Source: a virus
Taxonomy: Duplodnaviria; Caudoviricetes
IMG/VR virus record: IMGVR_UViG_2884411467_000001
Coordinates: 17,098 to 81,097 of that record
Strand: one strand, 5' to 3'
Length of the DNA stretch: 64,000 nt
Below the pieces are notes generated by a model. That model ran no database searches. It was not told the origin of the DNA and saw nothing but the letters and a program-made list of their open reading frames with translations. A program made the translations under genes and the position numbers. This document shows, piece after piece, positions 36,010-44,760 of this stretch. Position 1 is the first letter of the stretch. Each line of letters begins with the position of its first letter.

Positions 36010-36357
36010 ATGAAGCCGCACACCACCAATCCGACCAGCCCAACCATCGGCATCGAGGAAGCCGCCGAGATCCTGCGCTGCGGTGTGGCAGTGGTGCGCG
36101 AGATCATCGACACCGGCGAACTCCCCGCGCTCCAGCTGACGCAGCGGCACTGGGTGCTGCTGCGTGATGACGTAGTCGACTACATCCGCTCGAAGGCGCG
36201 CGAGCAGGCGAAGGTGCGCCAGGTGGAACACGCCAAGCGCAACGCGCCCCGGCCGCCGGTCCCGGCACCACAGCACAAGCCGGGCGAGGTGCGTCGTCGT
36301 AAGCCTCTCCCCGACCTGGACGCTTGCGACATCGCCAATGGAATCTGCACAAAGTAG
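36010..36357 (+). CDS. Excisionase-like HTH DNA-binding protein
   Basis: IGIEEAAEILRCGVAVVREIIDTGELPA. Confidence 0.8.
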   Translation: MKPHTTNPTSPTIGIEEAAEILRCGVAVVREIIDTGELPALQLTQRHWVLLRDDVVDYIRSKAREQAKVRQVEHAKRNAPRPPVPAPQHKPGEVRRRKPLPDLDACDIANGICTK

Positions 36358-36682
36358 AGGCGCGGCCGAAAGCGGCGCCCGTTGCCGGACCTGGACAAGT
36401 ATGAGCGCCCCCCCCCCCTGCCCTTGACGCATGTAGCCAAATGGCTACAATCACCCTATCGAGCAGGACTTGCTGCAGGGAATTCACGATGATCACTACC
36501 GCACGATCCAGCTGCCGTTCGCCGCTCCCGGCAGGTCCGCACACTGCACTGGGGCGTAACTCGTGCTCAGGACCAAAGCCGCTCGATTGCCTACGTCCGT
36601 CCGTTGAAACCACTCAAGGCGGGCGTCGTCCAAAAGAATGACGAGCGCCGTGTGGTCTGTTACCACCCATGTACGCAGAGGC

Positions 36683-36946
36683 ATGATGAAAACCAACGAC
36701 AAGCAAGATCTCGCCGCACAACTGTCGAAGCCGCTCGCCACCGGTGACGTTGAAAAGTTTCTAGACCTTCTCGGCCAGATCGTGAAGGCGGCCGGTGTAG
36801 CCGAGATCGCCGCCACCGCCGGCTTGAGCCGCGAAAGTCTATACAAGGTATTCAGGCCTGGCGCATCTCCCCGACACGAGACCATCGTGGCGATACTCAC
36901 CGCGCTCGGCTTGAAGTTCACGGCTGAAACCATCCCCACTAAATAA
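36683..36946 (+). CDS. Addiction-module antidote (HigA/HI1420-like), no toxin adjacent
   Basis: GVAEIAATAGLSRESLYKVFRPGASPRHETIVAILTALG. Confidence 0.85.
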   Translation: MMKTNDKQDLAAQLSKPLATGDVEKFLDLLGQIVKAAGVAEIAATAGLSRESLYKVFRPGASPRHETIVAILTALGLKFTAETIPTK

Positions 36947-37043
36947 CCGCACCACCGCCGCGCGCCAGCGCGGTAAAGCGGCGACCGACCCCGCGCCAAC
37001 GGGGGCGGCCGCCTAACCACAACCGACTGAATTGGAGTCAATC

Positions 37044-37316
37044 ATGGCTAACACCGGATTCTATTTGCTTGCGCAAGCCGCTGCACTGGCCGCTGCGGCT
37101 TACATTGGCGCGCGGAACACCAGCGCCATAAACCAGTATTTCCGTGCCCAGGACGAAAGCCACTTGTATCCCTTCTGCGGCCGTTTCAATGCAACAGAGC
37201 GCGCTATCCGCAAGGTGCGCCGCGAGTTCGCCGAGTGTGGGATGAGCTGCGAGGGTCTGGAGTACGCGAACGCCATTGAAGCGACGCTCACCCACCTCAC
37301 CGCCGAGTATTCGTAA
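37044..37316 (+). CDS. Hypothetical protein
   Basis: GGAG RBS; 90 aa. Confidence 0.6.
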   Translation: MANTGFYLLAQAAALAAAAYIGARNTSAINQYFRAQDESHLYPFCGRFNATERAIRKVRREFAECGMSCEGLEYANAIEATLTHLTAEYS

Positions 37317-37357
37317 CGCCAACCAGTCCATCGGCACTGATGAGGATGCGAGTTCTG

Positions 37358-37549
37358 ATGAACAGGCAGTTCCTTAGTCCAAGGCAGTTGAGCGAGCGGT
37401 ACGGAGAGGACTCGCCCTCTGAGCGGACACTGATGCGATGGAGGTCGGAGGGAATCGGGCCGAAGTTCGTAAAGCTGGGGCTAAAAGTCGTCTACCCACT
37501 AGACCAGTTGCTGGAGTGGGAAAACAACGGCGGCGATAGCTGCCACTAA
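37358..37549 (+). CDS. Small HTH/excisionase-like protein
   Basis: FLSPRQLSERY...SERTLMRWRSEGIGPKFVKLG.KVVY. Confidence 0.8.
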   Translation: MNRQFLSPRQLSERYGEDSPSERTLMRWRSEGIGPKFVKLGLKVVYPLDQLLEWENNGGDSCH

Positions 37550-37618
37550 TCCACCTCGCCAGCCTGCCGCTCACCCGGTAGGCTGGCACCCTTTTGACGT
37601 CGTGGACAGGGGCACGAG

Positions 37619-38707
37619 ATGACGGACAACATTGAGACACAGCCAGCGATTCGAGGGCCACTTAGGGTGCTGGGCATCATCGTGGTGGCGACATTCTTGC
37701 TCGCGGCTGGCGCCGCCATGTTTGCGTCGGACGATAACAAGCAACAGCAGGCCGCCCAGCCGACCAACAGCGAGCCCGTCACCCATGCAGCGCCGTTCAC
37801 CGTGCGCCGCGTTGTGTTGACCGGCGCTGTCTCCGGCAGCCCAATGATCGAGGTCAGCGTGACGGAAACCACGGGCACTGAAGCTAACCGTGCCGCCACA
37901 GTTAAGGCGATCGCAGAGCGCGTCATGAAGGCGACCCCGCAGGCTGATAGCGTTTTCGTGCGACTGATTCGCTCAGATCTGCCGGCCGGCGGCGATGAGG
38001 TGCTGCACGGCCGGATCGCGCACGCCGACTACACCCCTGGCGGCAAGAATGCGGCGCAGCCGTGGACGGTGGCGCACTCGACAGACACCCAAATCGTCTC
38101 CATGCACGACTTCGCCATTGGCGACGCGTTCGGTGATCTACAGGAAAAGATGGAACAGGCCGCCGGCCAGAATGCCGACGTCGATGTAGTCGACGAGCAG
38201 GTGCGCCAGGCGATCATTCGCAAGTACAAGCTGCCGGCGACCTGGAAACAGCAGGATGTGCCGCTCGCCAACCCCGACACGAGCGACGGCTCCGGTCCGG
38301 CCAATATCGACGCATCAGCAGCAGAGGCCAGCCTCAAGGTGATCGATGCGTGCGTAAAGAACGGTGGCTGCGATGGCGCCCAAGCCAAGACCTTCGCCGG
38401 CATCTCCGCCGCTGGTGGTGAACCACTGGTGGCCGGCTCGCCGATGCAGGCATCAGCGCAAACGGTCGGTTGCCCCAACATCCACTCGCTGGACATCGCC
38501 ATGAAGGCGATCAGGTCGAACGATGGGGACTCGGCGATGCAGGCGCTCGCCAGCGAAGTGCAGTCCGGCACGTGCTCGCTCATCCCGGCGGGCGCACGCG
38601 TCAAGTTCCAACACTTCGGTGGACGCAATGACGACCTGGCGCAGATCCGTCTTGCGGATGGAACCGTTGTGTGGACGCTCGGCGCCGTGCTGGTTGGGTC
38701 TAACTAG
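37619..38707 (+). CDS. Membrane-anchored or exported hypothetical protein
   Basis: N-terminal TM segment (VLGIIVVATFLLAAGAAMFA) and paired cysteines. Confidence 0.65.
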   Translation: MTDNIETQPAIRGPLRVLGIIVVATFLLAAGAAMFASDDNKQQQAAQPTNSEPVTHAAPFTVRRVVLTGAVSGSPMIEVSVTETTGTEANRAATVKAIAERVMKATPQADSVFVRLIRSDLPAGGDEVLHGRIAHADYTPGGKNAAQPWTVAHSTDTQIVSMHDFAIGDAFGDLQEKMEQAAGQNADVDVVDEQVRQAIIRKYKLPATWKQQDVPLANPDTSDGSGPANIDASAAEASLKVIDACVKNGGCDGAQAKTFAGISAAGGEPLVAGSPMQASAQTVGCPNIHSLDIAMKAIRSNDGDSAMQALASEVQSGTCSLIPAGARVKFQHFGGRNDDLAQIRLADGTVVWTLGAVLVGSN

Positions 38708-38778
38708 CCTGCACACCAGTACCACTGTGACGAACAAGGCCTGCGCAATGCGGGCCTTCCAGTCTCGATAGACATCGG

Positions 38779-39060
38779 CTAGTCGCTTAGACCAGGTGGT
38801 TTCGTATGGACACTGATGTGGCCCATGCCTTGGAGAAAGTTCTTGTAGCTAGCGATCGCCACGTTCCAGGCCTCCTCTGCCACGGCTTCGCCGGCCTCGA
38901 TCACATTCCCGTGCTCGTCGATGATCGCGATCCGTGCCGGGAGCCCGTCGCGCGTCGTTACGATCAATCCCTCATGGGCGACCGCGCTGATGATGGAATT
39001 TTGTAAAGTACCGACTTCAATGGGGCCGATCATGGCTCTCCTCTTCGACAGATCGATCAA
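38779..39060 (-). CDS. Conserved hypothetical protein
   Basis: 93 aa with a coherent composition. Confidence 0.6.
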   Translation of the reverse strand: MIDLSKRRAMIGPIEVGTLQNSIISAVAHEGLIVTTRDGLPARIAIIDEHGNVIEAGEAVAEEAWNVAIASYKNFLQGMGHISVHTKPPGLSD

Positions 39061-39089
39061 CCAAGCCTAGTTTCAAAGGTGTGATCATC

Positions 39090-39287
39090 ATGACTGACAA
39101 ACTCATTCCCTTCGACATTGTCGACTACCTGGACAGCGAGGAGGCGATTGCTGAGTACCTCTCTCAGGTCCAGGCCGAAGGCGACCCCGACGAGCTTCAA
39201 CGTGCCTTGATCTATGTCGCCAAAGCTAGAGAGATTTTAAGAGCGAAGTCCGAGCGGTCGTCGCTCGACATCAAACCAGCTGAGTAA
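39090..39287 (+). pseudogene. N-terminal half of an addiction-module antidote
   Basis: PFDIVDYLDSEEAIAEYL...GDPDELQRAL..VAKAR; the HTH half is missing. Confidence 0.7.
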
Positions 39288-39392
39288 GAGCGCCGCGACT
39301 ACGGCACCAACCGAATCGGGATTACCAGCCCAGCCCATAGTGGGCTTTCTGCTGTCTCGCTCGGTGAGATTGCAGCGACATACCCTCTGCTC

Positions 39393-39608
39393 ATGACCGA
39401 CAGAGCCCGCCTTCACCAGAAGTTGAACGCCATAGAGGCAGAACTGCCCGCCCTTATCCGGGAGCACACTGATCCAGCCGAACTCTGGCCTGCGTTCGCC
39501 GGCATCGCGGACGAGGTTCTCGACGCCGCCGGCCCCGACTTGTACGAGTGGGTCGCCGATAAAATCGACGGTATGCTGAGCTTCCACGGACTAACAGCCC
39601 GCCACTGA
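39393..39608 (+). CDS. Small hypothetical protein
   Basis: 71 aa directly upstream of SRAP. Confidence 0.6.
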   Translation: MTDRARLHQKLNAIEAELPALIREHTDPAELWPAFAGIADEVLDAAGPDLYEWVADKIDGMLSFHGLTARH

Positions 39609-39618
39609 GCAGTGGGCC

Positions 39619-40605
39619 ATGTGCTACTCGGCCGAAGTAATGGAGGATTTCCGCCTCTATGAGCGGATGGGCGGCACGCTCGACGTGCATGCGTTCGCGC
39701 AGATGATGGAAGCGCGCCGATCAACGGGTGACCTGTTCAAGACGGTGCCACGCGCCATGCGCGAGCCGTTCGAGCGCCCGCGCAATGAGGGCGAGAAAGG
39801 CGTTCGGGAAAAGATGCTGGAGGCGTACCGCGCCGCGACGCTGGTGATCGAGGAGGAGATCGCCACGCAGACCGAGCGCCTGGTCAAGGCGGAGGCGGTG
39901 CTCGCCTCACCAAAGCCGACCAAGAAAGCCGAGAACGACAAGCGTGTGGCGACGAACAAGATCGCCGCCGCTCGTGAGCGACTGGAGGAGGTTCAGTCCG
40001 AGGCGAAGTCCGATGGCTATGGCCGCATGTGGCCCGGCCAGTTCGCGCCGGTGCTGATCCGCGACCCCGCCACCGGCGCGCGCATGATCGTGCCGGCGCG
40101 ATACCGCTGCCGCCTGCCTGGCTGGACCAAGGCCGATGAGCTGGAGAAGCCGGGCACCTACAACGCGCGCAAGGACAAGCTATCCACGGTCTGGAAAAAG
40201 CTATTCGGCTACAACCACGGCGTGATCGTCGCGCGCAGGTTTTACGAGAGCGTTTCGCTCCATCGGCTGCAGCAGCGCGAGCTGGTGCCGGGTGAGCGCG
40301 ACATCCCGGTGGAGATCCGCTTCACGCCGGAGCCGCAGCAGGAGATGTTCCTGGCGTGCTTGTGGCGCTATGTCGAGGCGACCGACACTGAGGAAGGTTT
40401 CTACAGCTTCGCCGCCATAACGCGCGACCCGCCGCCCGAGGTTGCAGCCGCAGGGCACGACCGCTGCGTGATCGCGCTCAGGCCGGAGAACATCGACGCA
40501 TGGCTGGAGCCCGATCCTGGCCACCTATCGGAAATGCTTGCGATCCTGGACGATCCGATCGACGCGTTTTACCAACATGAGCTACCCGAGAGGGCACAGA
40601 GGTGA
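39619..40605 (+). CDS. SOS response-associated peptidase (SRAP, abasic-site protein)
   Basis: N-terminal MCY, YNARKD, FYESV and GHDRC motifs. Confidence 0.9.
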   Translation: MCYSAEVMEDFRLYERMGGTLDVHAFAQMMEARRSTGDLFKTVPRAMREPFERPRNEGEKGVREKMLEAYRAATLVIEEEIATQTERLVKAEAVLASPKPTKKAENDKRVATNKIAAARERLEEVQSEAKSDGYGRMWPGQFAPVLIRDPATGARMIVPARYRCRLPGWTKADELEKPGTYNARKDKLSTVWKKLFGYNHGVIVARRFYESVSLHRLQQRELVPGERDIPVEIRFTPEPQQEMFLACLWRYVEATDTEEGFYSFAAITRDPPPEVAAAGHDRCVIALRPENIDAWLEPDPGHLSEMLAILDDPIDAFYQHELPERAQR

Positions 40606-40654
40606 CGCGGCACCCGCGCATCACGCGCTGAACGGAGCGCCGCATCCATCCAGC

Positions 40655-42076
40655 TCAATCGGCGGCCAGTGGTTCGGCTGGGGGCGCATCGTCTTTAGCG
40701 GCTTGGACCTGGCGCCAGGCAGGTTTCTTACCGGCCTCCTTAACCTGCACGATTTGACCGGTGTCTCGGAGTCGATAGAACACGGACTTCATAGTGTTTT
40801 CAGAGGATATGCCGGTGATGTCGCGTCCAATGCTGTTCGTGATGAGGTCGTTCTTCGAGAGGTAGTCCATGACCAGCTGTTCGGGCGAGCCCAAAGATTC
40901 ATGACGTAGAGTCACCGTTACAGATGTATCTGTCTCGACGATTATCGGCTTTTTCAAGAGCAGCTTATTCATTGCGTCGAAAGCAGTATTTAAACCTTCG
41001 CCGACATCCTTATTGGGTGGATTTTCGAATTTATTAATCAATCGCACTAGCTTCGGGTTGCGGGCGAACTGCGTTTGAATAATGTTGCCCAGGGTGACGT
41101 GCCCCGGAAGTCGCCCGGGGCTTTCGATTTCGACCCGATTGTCGAAGATTCGCACCTGCACGTCGGCAGCGACGTTATAGTCCCTATGCAAGACAGCGTT
41201 CGTGAGGATCTCATGCAAGGCCTCATGAGGATATTGGATCCGCTCCATCCCGTTAGGGCCCAGCTTCTCAATGCCTTCGATGATCTCTTTGACCTTTTCA
41301 ACGCAATCGTAGATCAGACTGTAAATCGGACCCTCAATAGTGATCGGATCGAATGCTAGGAAATCTCGCTCGGCGTCAGTCTTGGTTTGATATCGAAGCA
41401 CCTTGACCGCGCTTCGTTTGGCGAGCGTAGCTTGCGGCAGATCGGAGAACAGCAGAATGCCAGCCACCGTTGCACGATTATCGATAATGACCTGTTGCTT
41501 TTTTAGCCATTCATCTGGCTCGCCGGTGGGAACGATACTGAGCATGAAATCGATCACGGTGGTCGAATTGGTAATGTCGGCCGTATCGATGTTCAGCAAT
41601 TCGTCCTCGTACGACTTGACTCCTTTGTCGTAGCGCAGGCGCTCCAAACCGCCTTCTGAGACCGGCAGGCTCTGTGCACTTCGCCGAATGAAAGCCTTCT
41701 TTTCAGTTGAAAAGACGATTTCCCTGCTCTTGAATATAGTCAGATGCAAGACTAGGCCGGTGAGACCATCGGCTGTCAAGAATTCAGCGCGCACTATGCC
41801 CGCGAGAGCACCATTTTCCGCTATGACTTGGAATATCGGGTTGGCAGCCTCTTGGTCGACAAAGCCATCCCAAATGCGGCGCTTGCCGTCCAGGGTGTCC
41901 TCTTCCTGGATGCCCACATAGATCTCGCCGCCACTGGTATTGGCGAACGCGGAAATCGTTCGGCTGAGCTTGGCCGGCGCGATTGCTGCGGCTTTGAGAT
42001 CCACAAAATGAGACTCCTGGATGCTCAGGAGCATCTCAATCTCAGCCCCGCTTACCTGCTTTACTTCGACTTCCAT
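40655..42076 (-). CDS. AlbA_2/Schlafen-like domain plus HATPase_c_4 protein (candidate defence)
   Basis: ESHFVDLK..ISAFANTSGGEIYVGI; EALHEILTNAVLHRDY..VQVRIFDNRVEIESPG..RNP; lower GC. Confidence 0.85.
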   Translation of the reverse strand: MEVEVKQVSGAEIEMLLSIQESHFVDLKAAAIAPAKLSRTISAFANTSGGEIYVGIQEEDTLDGKRRIWDGFVDQEAANPIFQVIAENGALAGIVRAEFLTADGLTGLVLHLTIFKSREIVFSTEKKAFIRRSAQSLPVSEGGLERLRYDKGVKSYEDELLNIDTADITNSTTVIDFMLSIVPTGEPDEWLKKQQVIIDNRATVAGILLFSDLPQATLAKRSAVKVLRYQTKTDAERDFLAFDPITIEGPIYSLIYDCVEKVKEIIEGIEKLGPNGMERIQYPHEALHEILTNAVLHRDYNVAADVQVRIFDNRVEIESPGRLPGHVTLGNIIQTQFARNPKLVRLINKFENPPNKDVGEGLNTAFDAMNKLLLKKPIIVETDTSVTVTLRHESLGSPEQLVMDYLSKNDLITNSIGRDITGISSENTMKSVFYRLRDTGQIVQVKEAGKKPAWRQVQAAKDDAPPAEPLAAD

Positions 42077-42289
42077 GTGGCCTCGCTATTGGTTCATTCG
42101 TGGGTCCAAGGGACACCGGTGAGCTTTTGAGCTTTCTTGCGCGCAGGGCTGATCTTAGCTGAGTACCAAGGCGCGACTCCTCGGCGCGCGCCCTGATCGT
42201 TTCGAGTGAGTTGGCGTCCATACCGTGCCCTGGTCGAGTGGTAGCCCATCGTATCCGCCGATGAGACCGCCTGGGCGTAGCGTGGCGGC

Positions 42290-42601
42290 ATGCCTGCCGA
42301 ACCTGTCACCGTTGAGTGGTCGCCCGTCACCATCACCGGCATGACGTTCGACCCGCCGCGCTTTGCCGCCTACCTGGTCGAGCCGTTCCACAGCGCCACG
42401 TTCGCCACGCTGAGCTACAAGCCCCAGGCGGGCGTGTGGGCGCTTCGCATGCTTCCCGGAGGTAGTGACGGCCCATGCGCTTTCGTGGACTTCCTGACGC
42501 GGGAGAAAGCCGAGCGGCACGCAATGCGATGGGCGGCGCACCACGGCCGCAAGCTGCCAGAGTTCGCCAATGGGCTGAGACACAAGCCGGCGGTGCGGTG
42601 A
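42290..42601 (+). CDS. Small hypothetical protein
   Basis: 103 aa; plausible coding composition only. Confidence 0.45.
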   Translation: MPAEPVTVEWSPVTITGMTFDPPRFAAYLVEPFHSATFATLSYKPQAGVWALRMLPGGSDGPCAFVDFLTREKAERHAMRWAAHHGRKLPEFANGLRHKPAVR

Positions 42602-42677
42602 CGCCGTAGTTAACGTGCACCACCAGAACGAACAAGGCCCGCATTGCGGGCCTCGTGGTCTGAGTTGATGGTGTTTC

Positions 42678-43334
42678 TCAGGTCTCGACCTTGAACACCT
42701 CGGCGCCGCGTGGTGCCTTGTCCAGGTAGCTTACGTCCGCCGGTGAGGGTGATGCGTCGCGCGCCGAGTCACGAATCCGCATGATCGTCTGCCGGCTGGT
42801 GCCGAACCTCTTGGACAGTGACGACACCGATTCACCTGCAGCCAGTAGAGACGCAACGTCGCGCTGCCTGTCAGCCGTCAGCGCGGCCGGTCGACCGAAC
42901 CTCTTGCCCTGCTCACGCGCGCGCCTGATGCCGGCGTGTGTGCGTTCTTTGAGGAGATCCAGCTCGAACTCGGCGACGGCCGCGATCACAGACATGGTGA
43001 GCTTGCCCGCCGGGCTGGTGAGGTCAGCGCCGCCAAGTGCCATGCAGTGCACCCTGATGCCGAAGCCTGCGAGCATGTCGACGGTGGCGCGCACGTCGAC
43101 GGCGTTTCGTCCGAGACGATCGAGCTTAGTCACCACCAAAACATCGCCCTCCTCCATGCGCTTCACCAGATCGCGGAAGGCTGGCCGCTCCATCGCAGGC
43201 ACTGACCCGCTGATGCTTTCCATGACGATCCGGCGCGGGTCGACCTGGAAAGGCAGGCCATCGATCTCCAGACGCTGGTTTTCGGTGGTCTGCTCGGTGG
43301 TCGATACGCGGCAGTAGGCAAATGTGCGGCTCAT
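42678..43334 (-). CDS. Serine recombinase (resolvase/invertase)
   Basis: FAYCRVST, VVTKLDRLGR and a C-terminal HTH. Confidence 0.95.
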   Translation of the reverse strand: MSRTFAYCRVSTTEQTTENQRLEIDGLPFQVDPRRIVMESISGSVPAMERPAFRDLVKRMEEGDVLVVTKLDRLGRNAVDVRATVDMLAGFGIRVHCMALGGADLTSPAGKLTMSVIAAVAEFELDLLKERTHAGIRRAREQGKRFGRPAALTADRQRDVASLLAAGESVSSLSKRFGTSRQTIMRIRDSARDASPSPADVSYLDKAPRGAEVFKVET

Positions 43335-43345
43335 CGGTGACGCCA

Positions 43346-43449
43346 TGTCCAAAAGTGTGCCGGAATATTAGGACATGTCCGATATGCGCACAACGATCAC
43401 TTTCGTACATCGATCGTGACCATCGTCCGCATGGGGTCGGTTTTGGACA
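43346..43449. promoter_or_regulatory. Putative res site upstream of the resolvase
   Basis: Inverted TGTCCAAAA (43346) and TTTTGGACA (43441) with an internal GGACATGTCC palindrome. Confidence 0.55.
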
Positions 43450-43703
43450 GCGGAGGCGAGCAGAAGTCATTGACGCCAGAATCGCATCGTGATTTCCGCA
43501 CACACCCGCGCCATTACGCGCGCCATAAATTGCCTAAGCAGGTTCCCGTCCGGTGAATAACGGTTCCGGGAACCCGCAACGCCTCGCTGATGCTGGCAAT
43601 GGGTGTCGATGGGCTGTTACCGCCATACTCTTGTAAGGTCCGCTGTCGCCCCGAAGCGGGCATCCAACGCATCAATGCCGCATCCGGTAGTTAGCCAGAC
43701 TAA

Positions 43704-44108
43704 CTAACCGCTGGAGGCGCGGAGCTTCGCTATCTGGGTCTCAAGGTCCGCGATCATGAATGGCTTGCTAAGTTTTGCCGTGTCCGGGGGCAAGTGAGCC
43801 AGCGATCCGCTGTCATGACCGGTGACAACGACCATCATCATTTCCGGACGAAGCTGTCTAACTGCGGCGGGCAGTGCAGCTCCGCCCATTGCTCCAGGCA
43901 TGCGGACGTCGGTGAGTATCAGGTCAAAGCGTTGATCAGACGACAAGACATTTAGCGCCGCCTCCGCACCGTTAACGGCGAAAGTTGCGAAACCGAGATA
44001 CTCCAACATGTCGCAGAAGGCTGTCATTACCTCTTCGTCATCATAGACAACCAACGCTGTAAGTCGCTGTCCAGGCGACCCACCAACTACATCCCCCGGC
44101 GTGTTCAT
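43704..44108 (-). CDS. Single-domain response regulator (receiver only)
   Basis: VVYDD, LILTDVRMPG, VVTG and SKPF motifs. Confidence 0.85.
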   Translation of the reverse strand: MNTPGDVVGGSPGQRLTALVVYDDEEVMTAFCDMLEYLGFATFAVNGAEAALNVLSSDQRFDLILTDVRMPGAMGGAALPAAVRQLRPEMMMVVVTGHDSGSLAHLPPDTAKLSKPFMIADLETQIAKLRASSG

Positions 44109-44392
44109 TTGCGGACCTCGAAGATCGTTACTACACCCTAGACACCGTTCGTCAGCGCGTAGATAAATTCCCACAGGCATGAAGCCGAAACAGGCACCAG
44201 CTATCAACTTAGGCACTCAATTTCACGACCAGAACCGTGAGCTGGTGATGAAAAATCATACGGCATTAGTGCCTAAGATGAAGCTTGGTTTAGCTCTGAT
44301 TTCTAAATCAATTCATCCTGGCATCGGCACGCACGACTTGGCGTCAAGCGATGTGCTGATGGGTCTTGGCCCTGACGCCGCCAACTTGGCGC

Positions 44393-44689
44393 TCAGGCGG
44401 ACAGCTCGTCGAGCTTCGCGCCGATCTTTTCCGGCAGGTGCCCTTGCCTTTCCAGAATGCGCTCGATGCCCTTCACGTCGGCCGCATCGATCCTCCCACG
44501 ACGCAGCGCGATGCTGGCCTGCAGCTCTCGGTGAGTGCGCTCCTGCTCAATCGTGCGGGTGCCGGCCTTGCTGGCGCCGCCGTCTTTGAGTGCGCTGGCG
44601 CGCGATACCTCACTGGCGAGCTGGTCAAAGGCTCCTGGCGCCTTGCGCGTGATGATGGCCCCGCGCGTCTTGTGTTGTGTTGCTTTCAT
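44393..44689 (-). CDS. Basic hypothetical protein, last gene of the satellite morphogenesis operon
   Basis: Co-directional, 98 aa. Confidence 0.6.
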   Translation of the reverse strand: MKATQHKTRGAIITRKAPGAFDQLASEVSRASALKDGGASKAGTRTIEQERTHRELQASIALRRGRIDAADVKGIERILERQGHLPEKIGAKLDELSA

Positions 44690-44760
44690 CTGATAGTCCT
44701 TTACGGTTTTCGTTTTTGAGTAGATGGGCCGGACCTCCCGACCCATCCCCTGCCCGCGCG

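Noticed and set aside
36441-36641. ORF upstream of the antidote as its toxin
   Set aside because: No RelE/HigB-like residues and an atypical composition.
43704-44108. Orphan receiver as the cognate partner of the prophage MASE1 sensor
   Set aside because: They lie on different mobile elements, and the sensor lacks recognisable kinase motifs.
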